The notes below the pieces were generated by a model. That model saw only the letters and a program-made list of their open reading frames with translations, was not told where the DNA came from and did no database searches. The translations under genes and the position numbers were made by a program. Below, piece by piece: positions 1 to 9,823 of a stretch of 20,000 bases of DNA (within the stretch, counting starts at the first letter, position 1; each line of letters begins with the position of its first letter). This DNA comes from Catajapyx aquilonaris (Eukaryota): the NCBI GenBank assembly GCA_000934665.2, contig JYFJ02001557.1, positions 56,606-76,605 on the forward strand, given 5' to 3'.

Positions 1-97
1 CTAGAACAGTCGGTGTTGTAACACCACAATGAACGATGATTTCACAACTGGGTAGTTGTAGGTTAGCATGTCTTTTCCTGCCTCATGACCATATTTC

Positions 98-302
98 CTA
101 TTCGGTGGACTCATCCTGCACCTCCCCAATCTCCGCCTGCCAGTCAATTATTTCTATTTCCTGTCTGTAATTTCCGCCAATTTCTGTACGTTTGCGCAAG
201 GTCTTCCAAAACTCACTTTCCGACCACCAGATGTGATTAATGGACGGGCCTGTCCATCAAAGGACGTTGTTTCCATGGAACGTTTGGTCAGGCGAAACAA
301 AC
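98..302 (-). pseudogene. Candidate terminal exon (one internal TGA)
   Basis: Tandem acceptor CAGCAGTAG|G (phase 2). Reads FVSPDQTFHGNNVL*WTGPSINHIWWSESEFWKTLRKRTEIGGNYRQEIEIIDWQAEIGEVQDESTE*(TAG 98-100). Confidence 0.4.
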
Positions 303-701
303 CTACTGCTGGTGTTGGGAAAGATCCGAATGAAAATATCTGCTAGTTTCGCAATTTATAGACTGTCCTAGCAAGTTGAATTATACATCATAAATATAAA
401 GTTGCACTCTAACCATAAAGTATGAACATGGTTGAAATATGAGTCTAAAGCAGGGCCAATAAACGCTTAGTTGGCAATGTTTACTTAGAAGCACTTTGGC
501 AGAGTTAACCCTCTTCCTAATCGATAGCTATAAGGATGAATTTAATACATATTGATAACGGGAAGTCAAATATTTGCGCAGGAAGAGCCGACTTGAATGT
601 TCAATTATCGATTTTAATCCTACTCTTTGGCAACAATTGGTGAAGCGCTTGCTCCTTCACACGTGAATTCGACTCTCTTTTAACGCGGTTTCGAGCCGTA
701 C

Positions 702-933
702 TGTACGATGGAAATAGAGTTGTTATCACAACCTGATCGTAGCGATGGTAGGAAATTGCTTTCAGGGACACCCTCCTTCCCCCAAATTCCCTTCACGCTG
801 GCCAATATGGTAGTCGAGAATGTCAGCCATTTTTGGTCGCGCAGTTTCAAATTGAACACGTTTTTGTTAATTTCAAGTGTTAGCTCATCCGTATTCATCA
901 TGCGGGGGAAATGACAACACCTTTCACCATCAC
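702..933 (-). pseudogene. Candidate exon, fully open
   Basis: Acceptor CTACGTAG|GT (phase 1) and donor CA|GTACGG (phase 2). Reads GDGERCCHFPRMMNTDELTLEINKNVFNLKLRDQKWLTFSTTILASVKGIWGKEGVPESNFLPSLRSGCDNNSISIVQ. The open frame begins and ends within a few codons of the splice sites. Confidence 0.5.
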
Positions 934-1413
934 CTACGTAGTCGATTTAAACGTGAGGGCCACGTAACACTTGCACACTAACACGCAAGAAGACGTAATC
1001 AATTTTCAGAGGCTGGCTGTCCTTGCTCACAATGTTATTGACTGCTGTACAGTATTGTATTTTACAGCTGCTACGCAAAAGCCATTGTTATCGACTTTTT
1101 TTTGCTTAATAAGCGCGATTATGCTCATTCTTTACGATATACGCCCTAACAGTGAATAGCGAGCTTTATATTCTATATGCTGAATGACCCTTTTCACTTC
1201 ATCCTGATAAAGGTGTACTTTGTATGTACTGAACATGCACAATACTGTACTGTCGATGGATTTGAAAAAGGCAAATTATTTAATAGAATACCTCACTCTA
1301 GACTGCTTTAGGAACACTTGCAATAATATTATTTTGGTCAGACGAAAGCCAAGAGTACATAAGTAGTGTAAATATAACTTATAGGTCGTTGAAAAATTAT
1401 TGGGACTCCAATT

Positions 1414-1549
1414 CAAGGGGGTAATCACTCGACTAGAAGTGTACACTGGAGTACCAAATTCAAGGAGTACCAAGGAATAATAAAGAGTCAAGTACCAGGG
1501 AGTACCACTCCCAGGAGTACACCGGAGTACAGAAGTGATTACCCCCTTG
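1414..1549. mobile_element. 136-bp MITE with 8-bp TSD (P- or hAT-type), copy 1
   Basis: TIR CAAGGGGGTAATCACT ... AGTGATTACCCCCTTG; flanks ctccaatt / atccaatt (7/8 TSD); internal GGAGTAC repeats; homologous to 14340-14487. Confidence 0.88.
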
Positions 1550-1657
1550 ATCCAATTCTTATAGTTATAACCATTTAATGGGACCGCAAAATGAATGCAT
1601 GGTAGATGGTACACATTAGGGTATTCCCTGCCAATGTCAATGCAGTCTATACAGTAC

Positions 1658-2022
1658 CTGCAGTCTGTGCCATGGATGTTTGTAGTTCTTCATCCGTAGT
1701 TTGTGTGTGGTCGTGTTCCCAATGACGCATGGGGATATTATCGTCAATTAAAATTATTATACTGCAACTATACTTGTGACGTGGAAAATATCTTACAAAC
1801 CACGTGCCATATTTTCTGCTACACGCAGGATGGTCGTCAATACTTGCGTAATAGGCTGCTAGGGCAACACCTTGATTGGTATTTTCAGGGTCAAATCGCT
1901 GTGGATATTGTAATAATTTTTTTAATACAGGAGGGGATATATGATCTTCCGTGGTAAATAAACGTCACCCACGTGTGTGGATGGCAAGGGTTGTCCTACT
2001 GATCAGACAACTCCGGTAGGCC
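1658..2022 (-). pseudogene. Candidate exon (one internal TGA, then about 100 open codons)
   Basis: Acceptor AAATAG|G and donor CAG|GTACTG. Reads AYRSCLISRTTLAIHTRG*RLFTTEDHISPPVLKKLLQYPQRFDPENTNQGVALAAYYASIDDHPACSRKYGTWFVRYFPRHKYSCSIIILIDDNIPMRHWEHDHTQTTDEELQTSMAQTAG. The frame closes three codons after the donor. Not listed in the ORF track. Confidence 0.5.
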
Positions 2023-2694
2023 CTATTTCATAGTTGAGCATTCTAGCCGTCAGGATTTTCGCTACAATTATGCCCATGTCATTGTCGCTATAACTTAATT
2101 GCCACCGCATGCGTAATGCCCCTAAACCAGCCTTAAATATTTTAGAGGAGAGCATTTTTGTCTAGGAACATGTCAAAGAGAGTAGCCCTATACCTGCCCA
2201 ATATGTAGAATTTATTAATCACCACGTGAAATGTGTATTACTATCACACAATACCGCGAATAATGTATACGTGCAAATATGTTGTACTTTGTACACATTG
2301 ATTCATACTTTCAAACCTGCATGGTTTGAGCCATTTTTCAGGAAAATTAATTACGAGTTTTTCCCTTTGTTTTTGTTTCCACATTATTGATGGAAAAACG
2401 GCTTACATTTTCTCCTTATTTCATCTCGTACACATATTAACGATGGTGTTTTTCAGACATTAAACTGGATATTATTTACTGTATATCAGTTGTTATCGGC
2501 TTCTAACATCGCTAGACACTCGTGCGATTATATCCTGTACCTTCAGTAGTGTGACAACCCGACCTAAAAGAGACTTCAACGTCATTCACACGTCTAAGCC
2601 CACTTGGAGCGGTCAATAACCAAAGTGTTACTTGTACGCTTCCCTTCTGTTGATTTTCAGAGTGGTGATCCAAAGTATCCTTCAATCTTAGTCA

Positions 2695-2905
2695 GGAAAC
2701 CTCTAAGGCTGGGAGATGGGATTGCATGATCGATCGTAAATACAAAAAAAAAGAGGTTGATCCTTGTTATTCATATAGCTTGGAACAATATTCCAAACAA
2801 TGAATAACAAGAATCAACTGCTTACACGGGATTTATTATCGAGAAAGCGACCTAACCGAAATATTATAGTGAAGGTGTTTTTAAACCTGAATTTTAGAGG
2901 TTTCC
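2695..2905. repeat. Degenerate foldback / MITE-like element with central 63-nt hairpin
   Basis: Outer perfect 12-bp IR GGAAACCTCTAA (2695-2706) / TTAGAGGTTTCC (2894-2905); inner 19-bp IR 2756-2774 / 2800-2818 (1 mismatch); innermost TTGGAA/TTCCAA. Confidence 0.7.
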
Positions 2906-3297
2906 GGTTCAGAGTGTTCGCCTCCGGTTTTTTTTTTTTCAAGTGTGTTTACAGTTGATGGGAACTATTCAGCTGATCCCTAAATGAAGACAGAGATTTT
3001 TTAAAAAAATACGGCCTCTGTACGCTAGTGTCCATAATTTGAAATGTTAAACAGCAAATTAAATTATGAGTCACACTTTGAACATTTATAACAATGGTAC
3101 CATCAGTTAATTGCCGTAATTCTCTTTATACAGTAGTCGAATTCAATATTTTTTCATTTTGTCTGATGGATAATGCAATATTACATTTTTGCTCCGTAGA
3201 AGTTATTAATCAAGATTACGCCTCGTGTGGCAAGCATATAGAAGTTGGAACATTTTATTAAAGTCAGGCTCATTTTTATGGTATGTTGGCATCTTAC

Positions 3298-3448
3298 CGC
3301 AAAGCTTTAGGGATGGAAGAAGTTATATTGGCTAAGTTGGATCATGCTTGAGAGGTTGCTGCAGCGCGACACAAAACAGTCGCTGATGCACCATTGTTGA
3401 GATATAGTGATGTTTCAAACGCATGTCAAAGGCTTTTGAAATTGTCCC
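3298..3448 (-). pseudogene. Candidate exon (two internal TGA)
   Basis: Acceptor CATCCACAG|GG and strong donor GCG|GTAAGA. The phase 1->2 frame reads GDNFKSL*HAFETSLYLNNGASATVLCRAAATSQA*SNLANITSSIPKALR. Confidence 0.4.
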
Positions 3449-3469
3449 CTGTGGATGTACAGTACTTAC

Positions 3470-3670
3470 CATATAAAACGTCATATGGTTGTATGAAAGT
3501 CAATACTTGGCTTATGCATTCTGTTAGTTGATTCAACGTTATATTACATTTTGGTTGTCGACAGTGTTATTTCCCATGAACATAATCAGTGATAGCTTTA
3601 ATCAAGTGAATTGAGATGATCCTAAGTGAACATCTGACTCGTCTATAACACTGCTGCGAAACGAATATAC
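3470..3670 (-). pseudogene. Candidate exon (one internal TAA)
   Basis: Acceptor ATGTACAG|GT and consensus donor ATG|GTAAGT. Reads GIFVSQQCYRRVRCSLRIISIHLIKAITDYVHGK*HCRQPKCNITLNQLTECISQVLTFIQPYDVLYG. An alternative acceptor CTAACAG| at 3520 avoids the TAA. Confidence 0.4.
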
Positions 3671-5564
3671 CTGTACATATCGGAATATACTGTACTGTAC
3701 AGTGCAGTACTGGGGCCTTCTGAGCCTGTAATATCGAACGATTCTGTAAAATGAATATTGAGGTATGAGCAAAAGTCGGCTCAAAAGGTAGAAGAAAAAT
3801 ATACGCACAAAGTTTGTTTGAAAGTATACGATAATAATCTGATTTCATTCACCTCACTGTAATAGCATGGAACTCAATGATATACTCAGGTACGTATAAA
3901 AAAACCCCTGTCAAATGGCTGCGTGATATCCGGGAATATTATGTTGCATCACTGACCTTACTTTATAGGCTTTATATACGTAACACGACTATCGTTTAAA
4001 ATGTTTCGTGAGATGTGTCATTCACAAAGACCAGGCTATCTGGCATAATTTTTCACACTTAAAGCAAAAAATTGTACTATATTTTCTCATGAGCATTGGG
4101 TCACTCTTTTTGTCATTGGTCATATTCTTATACCGTACTGAAAACGTATAACATCGGTAATGCCAGATCAGGTTACTAGTAGGCTATATTGATCACTTTG
4201 TAGTATGCTTACCTTAATATTTATACGTATTTTGTGTTAGAGCTTTGCAGTATTCTGAGAATGATTGGATCATTTGAAGAGTCGCCGAACTTTTGGGAAA
4301 AAATATAATATTTTAAAATCATGCAGAGTACAGTTTGTATTTCTCTGCCCAGGTGGGCGATCAGAAAGGATTGGAGGAGGAAGAGTTGGTGGATTTTAGG
4401 CACTCCTGGTCGAAATCGAACTCCAGTCCAGACTCGGCCTAAGGTTCGGGTCTTTCTATATATTCTTGCATGCCACCGACTTTGTTTACATCGACAGTGG
4501 TAACTAATTCATCAACCATGTCCTGTCTCCCCTCTTCGGATCGTCAACTTGGACAGAGAAACACCCTGTAGAATATGCGCTGTACATGGCGATATGACTA
4601 TTAATTTTGGGATCATTTAAACTGCATTAGCTGAGGGAATGTTAACCTTACTGAAAACTTTTATGGACAGGGAAGGATTTGAAAAATTATATAAAACATG
4701 TGGCGAATAATCCACCTATTAAATGTGCGGGTTTTCTCATTAGTACAATACTATGCGTGAGCACTCTTGAATATATACGAACATCGTATATCAAATGTGT
4801 CTGGAATGTGCAAGTCACAATAAATCATGTTTAAATATTTTGTGATTCACTGTCCGGAATATGGATTTAACGTAAGACCAAAAGAGAAGCACGCGTTTTG
4901 AAACAGTGTATTAAAATACAGTTTATCTGATTGTGTACACTCATGAGCACATATTAATCGTATGTTACCCTTACGATGACATCTTACAAACTTTTATGAA
5001 ACATCGGGTATACAACATATATTTGCTACAGGATGACCAGTACGTCAGGGCACGCATTTCTAAAACATGTTTCAGACCATGGGAGTAAACTTCAAACAAA
5101 ACTTACAGTACAGTACACCGCTCGTAATGTATCAATGCTGCTGCAATGTACGTTGCATAAAATCGTATAAAACGCTTTTGCAAACTGCTTTATTCCAAGT
5201 GAACATATATTATCATCTCGTCTCTACGTCCCATGAGAAACTAGAAATTACTTAAGCCAACTGCTTTTTTGGCCAGTACAGCAAACACAAACACCTTCGA
5301 GGCATTTCACAAACGTCGCGTCGCCTCTTGGCTTTTCGTGCAGGATCTCGTAATTTTCCAGCTCAGAAATACTTTACGAAGGGAGCTACAACTCCACAAT
5401 ACCCTCTTTATGCCTGTTACAACATGGCTCATAGTATTAGCAACTCAAAAGTATTTCCTGAAATTTTATTCCTCCTGTGTGGAGTGGGGAGAAAGACAAA
5501 CACCACGTTGAAAGACATGCTGGGAACAACTGTCGTCTCACCATCGTGCAATGGATATACCGAC

Positions 5565-5921
5565 TCATGAAGCGTCCCTAGATGTATTGTTGTGCACTCT
5601 GCCCTCCGTTTTGTGACATGGCGGCTGCAGGCAGGGCGTTTGACCCGCCCGCCATCGCAGCTGATGCCCCATTGTCTCCATCACTTTCTGGGCCAAGTCT
5701 CTCAAATGGCGCAAGTCTTGATCCAGTTCTAAACTTTCCTTCTCCATTGCCATAGCCAACCGACTAATGTTTTCAAGCTCTGTCACTAACTGAAACCGTC
5801 GCAGATGACCCTCATGGCCTGTTCTAGACAGTAGATGGAAGGTGAAGTAACCGGTGGACCCAAGCACCACCAGTACCATCATAAGGAACAGCGCCTTCAG
5901 GGATGCTCCGGTGACTTGCAT
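5565..5921 (-). CDS. Type II single-pass membrane protein N-terminus (signal-anchor plus coiled-coil stem); probable first coding exon of a Golgi enzyme-like gene, possibly truncated
   Basis: 118-aa ORF with a short N-tail, hydrophobic ALFLMMVLVVLGSTGYFTFHLL, then heptad-like LVTELENISRLAMAMEKESLELDQDLRHLRDLAQKV. GC is elevated over flanks, and there is an in-frame TAA shortly upstream of the ATG. Confidence 0.65.
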   Translation of the reverse strand: MQVTGASLKALFLMMVLVVLGSTGYFTFHLLSRTGHEGHLRRFQLVTELENISRLAMAMEKESLELDQDLRHLRDLAQKVMETMGHQLRWRAGQTPCLQPPCHKTEGRVHNNTSRDAS

Positions 5922-7989
5922 TGTCGTCCAGAGGACATTGCTTCTTCCTTAAAACCAATATTCGTTCACCCTTTCACGTCACTATGTTTTCTTGCCGACG
6001 ACCTTGTCGACACAAGAGTCCCCCAGCGATTAGAGACGTCATCGATCCAGCTCGCTCATCTACAGTGTTGGAGAATAATCGCTAGGGGTTTCAGACGTTG
6101 AATATGAATTTGAGCAGTGCTTGGTAGGCTTACAGATAATCGTGGCGTTCGATAGGTCGTGACGTCTGCACAGTGGCGACAATGTTGTACGATGTGCTTA
6201 GCAGAGGATCAAGCGTTGGGGAAACGAGGATGAAAAAGGAAGTAACTTTCTGTTTGCTCCTTTTCGGCACCAAAAACTAACGCTTCTACCACTCAAAGCC
6301 CTTTCTTTGTATATTGTATCCCAGAGATAAATGCGCTGTCGCAGTTGGTAGCCAACTTCCTTCTCAGGTACTGGAGACACTGCGTTGCCCCTAAAAAGAA
6401 AGTGAATGTGAGTTTGGCCCCACCAGGCCATTGTCCTCTGATGTTCTCATTTGTTGGAAAATTGAAACGTAATGGAGCGTTCAGTTTTCATTCACAATGT
6501 CGAAAACTAGTTTGAGTTGATCGATAGTTTTCATATGACACTTAATCTCATTTGGTATAATGTAGCGTTACATCGGAATATTTTAAATAGTTAATTTGCC
6601 GAGTATGCACACAACAAATTACTCGTAAGTATTATTCATGTACAACTGAGCGACCAGGAAATTTTGCATTCAAGTTTCACCAAGACACTTCTATTATTAT
6701 GAAAGCACAATGAGAACACCTTCCTGGGGCCGTTTTAGGTGGGAGTGAAGGAGCAAGTTGGGGAGGTAGAAGAAAAAAAATGGATTGGAAGATTTCTCTT
6801 GGGGAAGAGGTGGGAGTGACGAGTGATGATGAGCTACGATCCCCTTGAATGAGGTGCTTTCACAGAAAATGGGGCACTTGGCGCCCAGGTTCTTTTCACC
6901 TAGTCCACAACCTGGCAATATAGGATCTGAACTAGTACCTTCTGCCCGAGAGGGATAGTGTTGTTGTTAATCGCCTCTGATAGGAGGTTTAATGTGGGGG
7001 ATTCTTGGTCCGATGAGAGTTGTTAAGGCTCACTTTGGCCTAAAAAATGAGGCTGATTGGGGAACTTTGCCACCTCACAAAGCTATCATTATTACAGGAA
7101 TGGGTAGTGTTGAACATCATAATGGCTCAGAAAAAAAGGCGGTTTATCGGAATATTATTTTATTTACGTTACCCCGTTAGGGGGGTGGAATACCACCATC
7201 CTTCACTTTTCTGTATTTTTTTTCTCCTGACTCCGGTCCAAGAATGAAAGGATATGGGGTAAGGATGTGGATGTCTGGTTTATCCGAATATTACTAACAG
7301 ATTTTAAAAATTCAAGTAGGTCTATACTGCTAACTTCGTTCTACCGGGCTGACATCCAGGCTAATTTCGAACGCAATTGACCGGTTATATTGTCTGTCTC
7401 CTGACCGCATTATTTAAACCTGATTTTGTTGGCAGTTTTTGCAAACAACCACCACTATAGCAATTTACACAAAGGGCTCTTTGACACTTTCTGTTGTGCA
7501 AACACCATTAATAAACAGTTGACATACAACTGTTGATCCTTTTGCCCTACAATGAAACACTATAAAATCCGGCATACCCATACAGTGCTATTTTGTCGAA
7601 ATGGTACTCATTCTATGCAGGAACAAAGACTGCGGTGTTTCTGAGCAAAAGCTCGTGGTCTGTGAAGTTTCGCTCCGTTCACGAAAATCGCTCATAGTCA
7701 GCTCATGCAAGACCGTCCCATTACACAGGCCTATGACCCCCTAAAGTCTAGCTGAATTTTCTCGCTACACTGCCTCATGACACGACCACCGACCCCTACT
7801 AAATCCACACGACATTCAAAATCGTCAGGTTATGACGGCTATAGTCTCCTGCAGCCTAATGTTATGAGGTATTTGATAGCCGTGGGACATGTGTCTCGAT
7901 ATTGGGCATACCAGCATGACATTGTGCAGTCAACAAGGTATAATCACACCAAATACCCCCCCCCTCCCAAACGAGGTTTGTAAAATAAA

Positions 7990-8009
7990 AAATCAAATCA
8001 AATCAAATC
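7990..8009 (+). repeat. (AAATC)4 microsatellite, possibly a retroposon tail
   Basis: aaatcaaatcaaatcaaatc following an A-rich stretch. Confidence 0.85.
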
Positions 8010-9805
8010 ACAGTTTCCTAATATAGCTGTGACTTTCACATGCTGCGACCCAGCTTTTTTTACAGCCGCTTTTTAGGGCACCTTAGCTAGTTTCTGATTC
8101 CTCCCGGAAATTCCATGGAATAAATCACATTTTAGTAGGGCGTTTCATGCCAAAATAACTCGGCCCTAAACGTCCGTCATTTTGAAGCTAGGAGAACGGT
8201 CAATAGAGGTTAAGTGGCGTGCATTTGGTTTGCATAGTTGCAGGTCACGTGCGTTGACCTGTAACTCTCAGACCAGCAAGGCAGATTAAAATAGGAAGTA
8301 AGTTTTTTTGTTTTTTTTGGCGTGTGTAGTGGCTGCACGAGTTGTTTATGCATGCGGGGTGGGTAGTTTGCATAGAGATTGGCGCTTCCAGTGCAGTAGC
8401 AAAAGGGGGGCTGGGAAGTACTTTGGGACTCGGAGGGTTGTTGTCGAGTTGAGATTAATATGTGATGGTGGTGTGTGCGAGCGTGAAGGGGACCAGGTGT
8501 GATAATACTATATAAAACATGCACATCAAAAGCTATACCCACACGCTTGGAAACAGCAATTATTCTTCTCCCGTGATGAACTCAGGTGCCAACACTGTTG
8601 TTAATACATAAAATGTGCTCGTCACATTCGACCTATATGCTGCATTGACAAGAGCAGGCAGAATCCAACCGTGCGTGTCCTCGTCGCATAAAAGAACCCA
8701 GCTTTTGCCGTTGCAAATAGCAAGAGGTATCCAATAATAATGACAAGGCCCTATAGAGTTCCAGTAGAATATTCATAACTGAATGGCCGAGTTGTATGAT
8801 GTTGGTTGACGTCCGTCATTCAAAGCCTGTCAGGTTTTATTTGATAATGGCAGGGTTGTGTTTTCCCCTCTTATGATAGGAAACATTAAATGGCACTATT
8901 ATCTAGTTTCCCGGAAGAGGCGTTTGCCTTGGCAATAGTGGTGTTTACGCAATCGGCAATTTAAATGCTGATGCCTGTTGCGCTGATGACGGAATGAATT
9001 TTCGGAAGTCCTAATATTGCAAAGAGATAACAGCCGAGAGCATTTTTTGCTGTAAATATATGAGGAGGTGTAAATATATGACGTTGCATCCCGTCATCGA
9101 TAAGTATAGTGGTACAAAAATCTCGTGTATACCACTTATGATTAGGTTATCTATTTTATCCGACTATTTGCGAGACTTAAAAACAAACCCATTGGCTCGT
9201 ACCTCTCAATTTTTTTATTCATGCTAATCGTTAGCTTGTGCCGTATATCGTAGATTTTCCTGCTCATTATTTGCACCACTGAACAGCTAAGGACCGAGAT
9301 TAGATAGACAATCTGAAAAATGTCCATGTAGGACCCTTCATTAAAAAATCAGATGATTCTAAGTTCCAACCAACCCGACTCCTGATCCAGCCAGAAAGTC
9401 GATTGGAAACTCGCCCTACCCCCAACGGACCTGCACCCACCTGTAATTGCCTATTCCGAATACAAAATCAGACCTTTCCTATATAAAAAAATCAACGTGC
9501 CTGACGGGCTATGCAGCAACAGGTCAAAGATTGAGAGAAAAAAAAATAACAATCAAGATAATCCGGGGATTCCCCGCACCTGTAGGGAGCTGTGATTTCA
9601 AAGTTGCAGCCCCCGTATCCGGAACCTCCTCTTTCCATAGGGACATCCAGCTTCTTGGAGGTCCGGTGATGTGGTGATGAAGAGCCGGAGCCGGAGGCGC
9701 CATTGCCCCGTCGGGATCCCCACACCCAACACCGGCTGAAGTCCGTGTCTCTCTGGCTGTGTCTGCCTGCCTGCATCCCTTCCCGGCTCTGAAGCTTTGA
9801 TCGGA

Positions 9806-9823
9806 GGGGGGGGGGGNGGGGGG
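9806..9823 (+). repeat. Poly-G run containing an ambiguous base (N at 9817)
   Basis: Read directly; a second G13 run lies at 10198-10210. Confidence 0.9.

Larger units (their letters stand above)
98..5921 (-). pseudogene. Putative decayed (non-processed) multi-exon gene for a type II membrane, glycosyltransferase-like protein
   Basis: Chain of GT-AG-bounded segments with matching phases: 3470-3670 (1->1), 3298-3448 (1->2), 1658-2022 (2->1), 702-933 (1->2), 98-302 (2->TAG). Preceded by frameshifted protein-like text at 5295-5921 and a weaker candidate at 4213-4565. In-frame stops at 3567 (TAA), 3426, 3342, 1965 and 257 (all TGA). Family assignment is inference only. Confidence 0.45.

Noticed and set aside
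1440..1530. CRISPR-like or regularly spaced GGAGTAC repeats
   Set aside because: Units are only 5-7 nt, irregularly spaced, inside a TIR/TSD-bounded element in eukaryotic DNA.
1276..1614. 112-aa ORF with similarity to ORF 14317-14502
   Set aside because: The similarity comes entirely from the shared MITE; not a gene family.
98..1761. TIR (Toll/IL-1R) domain reading: IIILIDDNIP spliced directly to INHIWWSESEFWKTLRKR resembles TIR beta-D and box 3
   Set aside because: It requires skipping the well-bounded open exon 702-933, and the sequence upstream of IIILIDD shows no TIR box 1 or box 2. Kept only as a fallback hypothesis.
4353..4442. Plus-strand terminal exon VGDQKGLEEEELVDFRHSWSKSNSSPDSA* after tttctctgcccag|
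   Set aside because: No supporting upstream plus-strand exons found; it is short and overlaps the minus-strand candidate.
8200..8213. AGAGG|TTAA as a piggyBac-like end
   Set aside because: No matching opposite terminus found in the window.
8560..8600. VLAPEFITGEE as a second kinase APE motif
   Set aside because: No DFG or HRD upstream and no DVWSxG downstream in frame.
9051..9081. 13-bp direct repeat TGTAAATATATGA x2
   Set aside because: Small local duplication with no supportable function.
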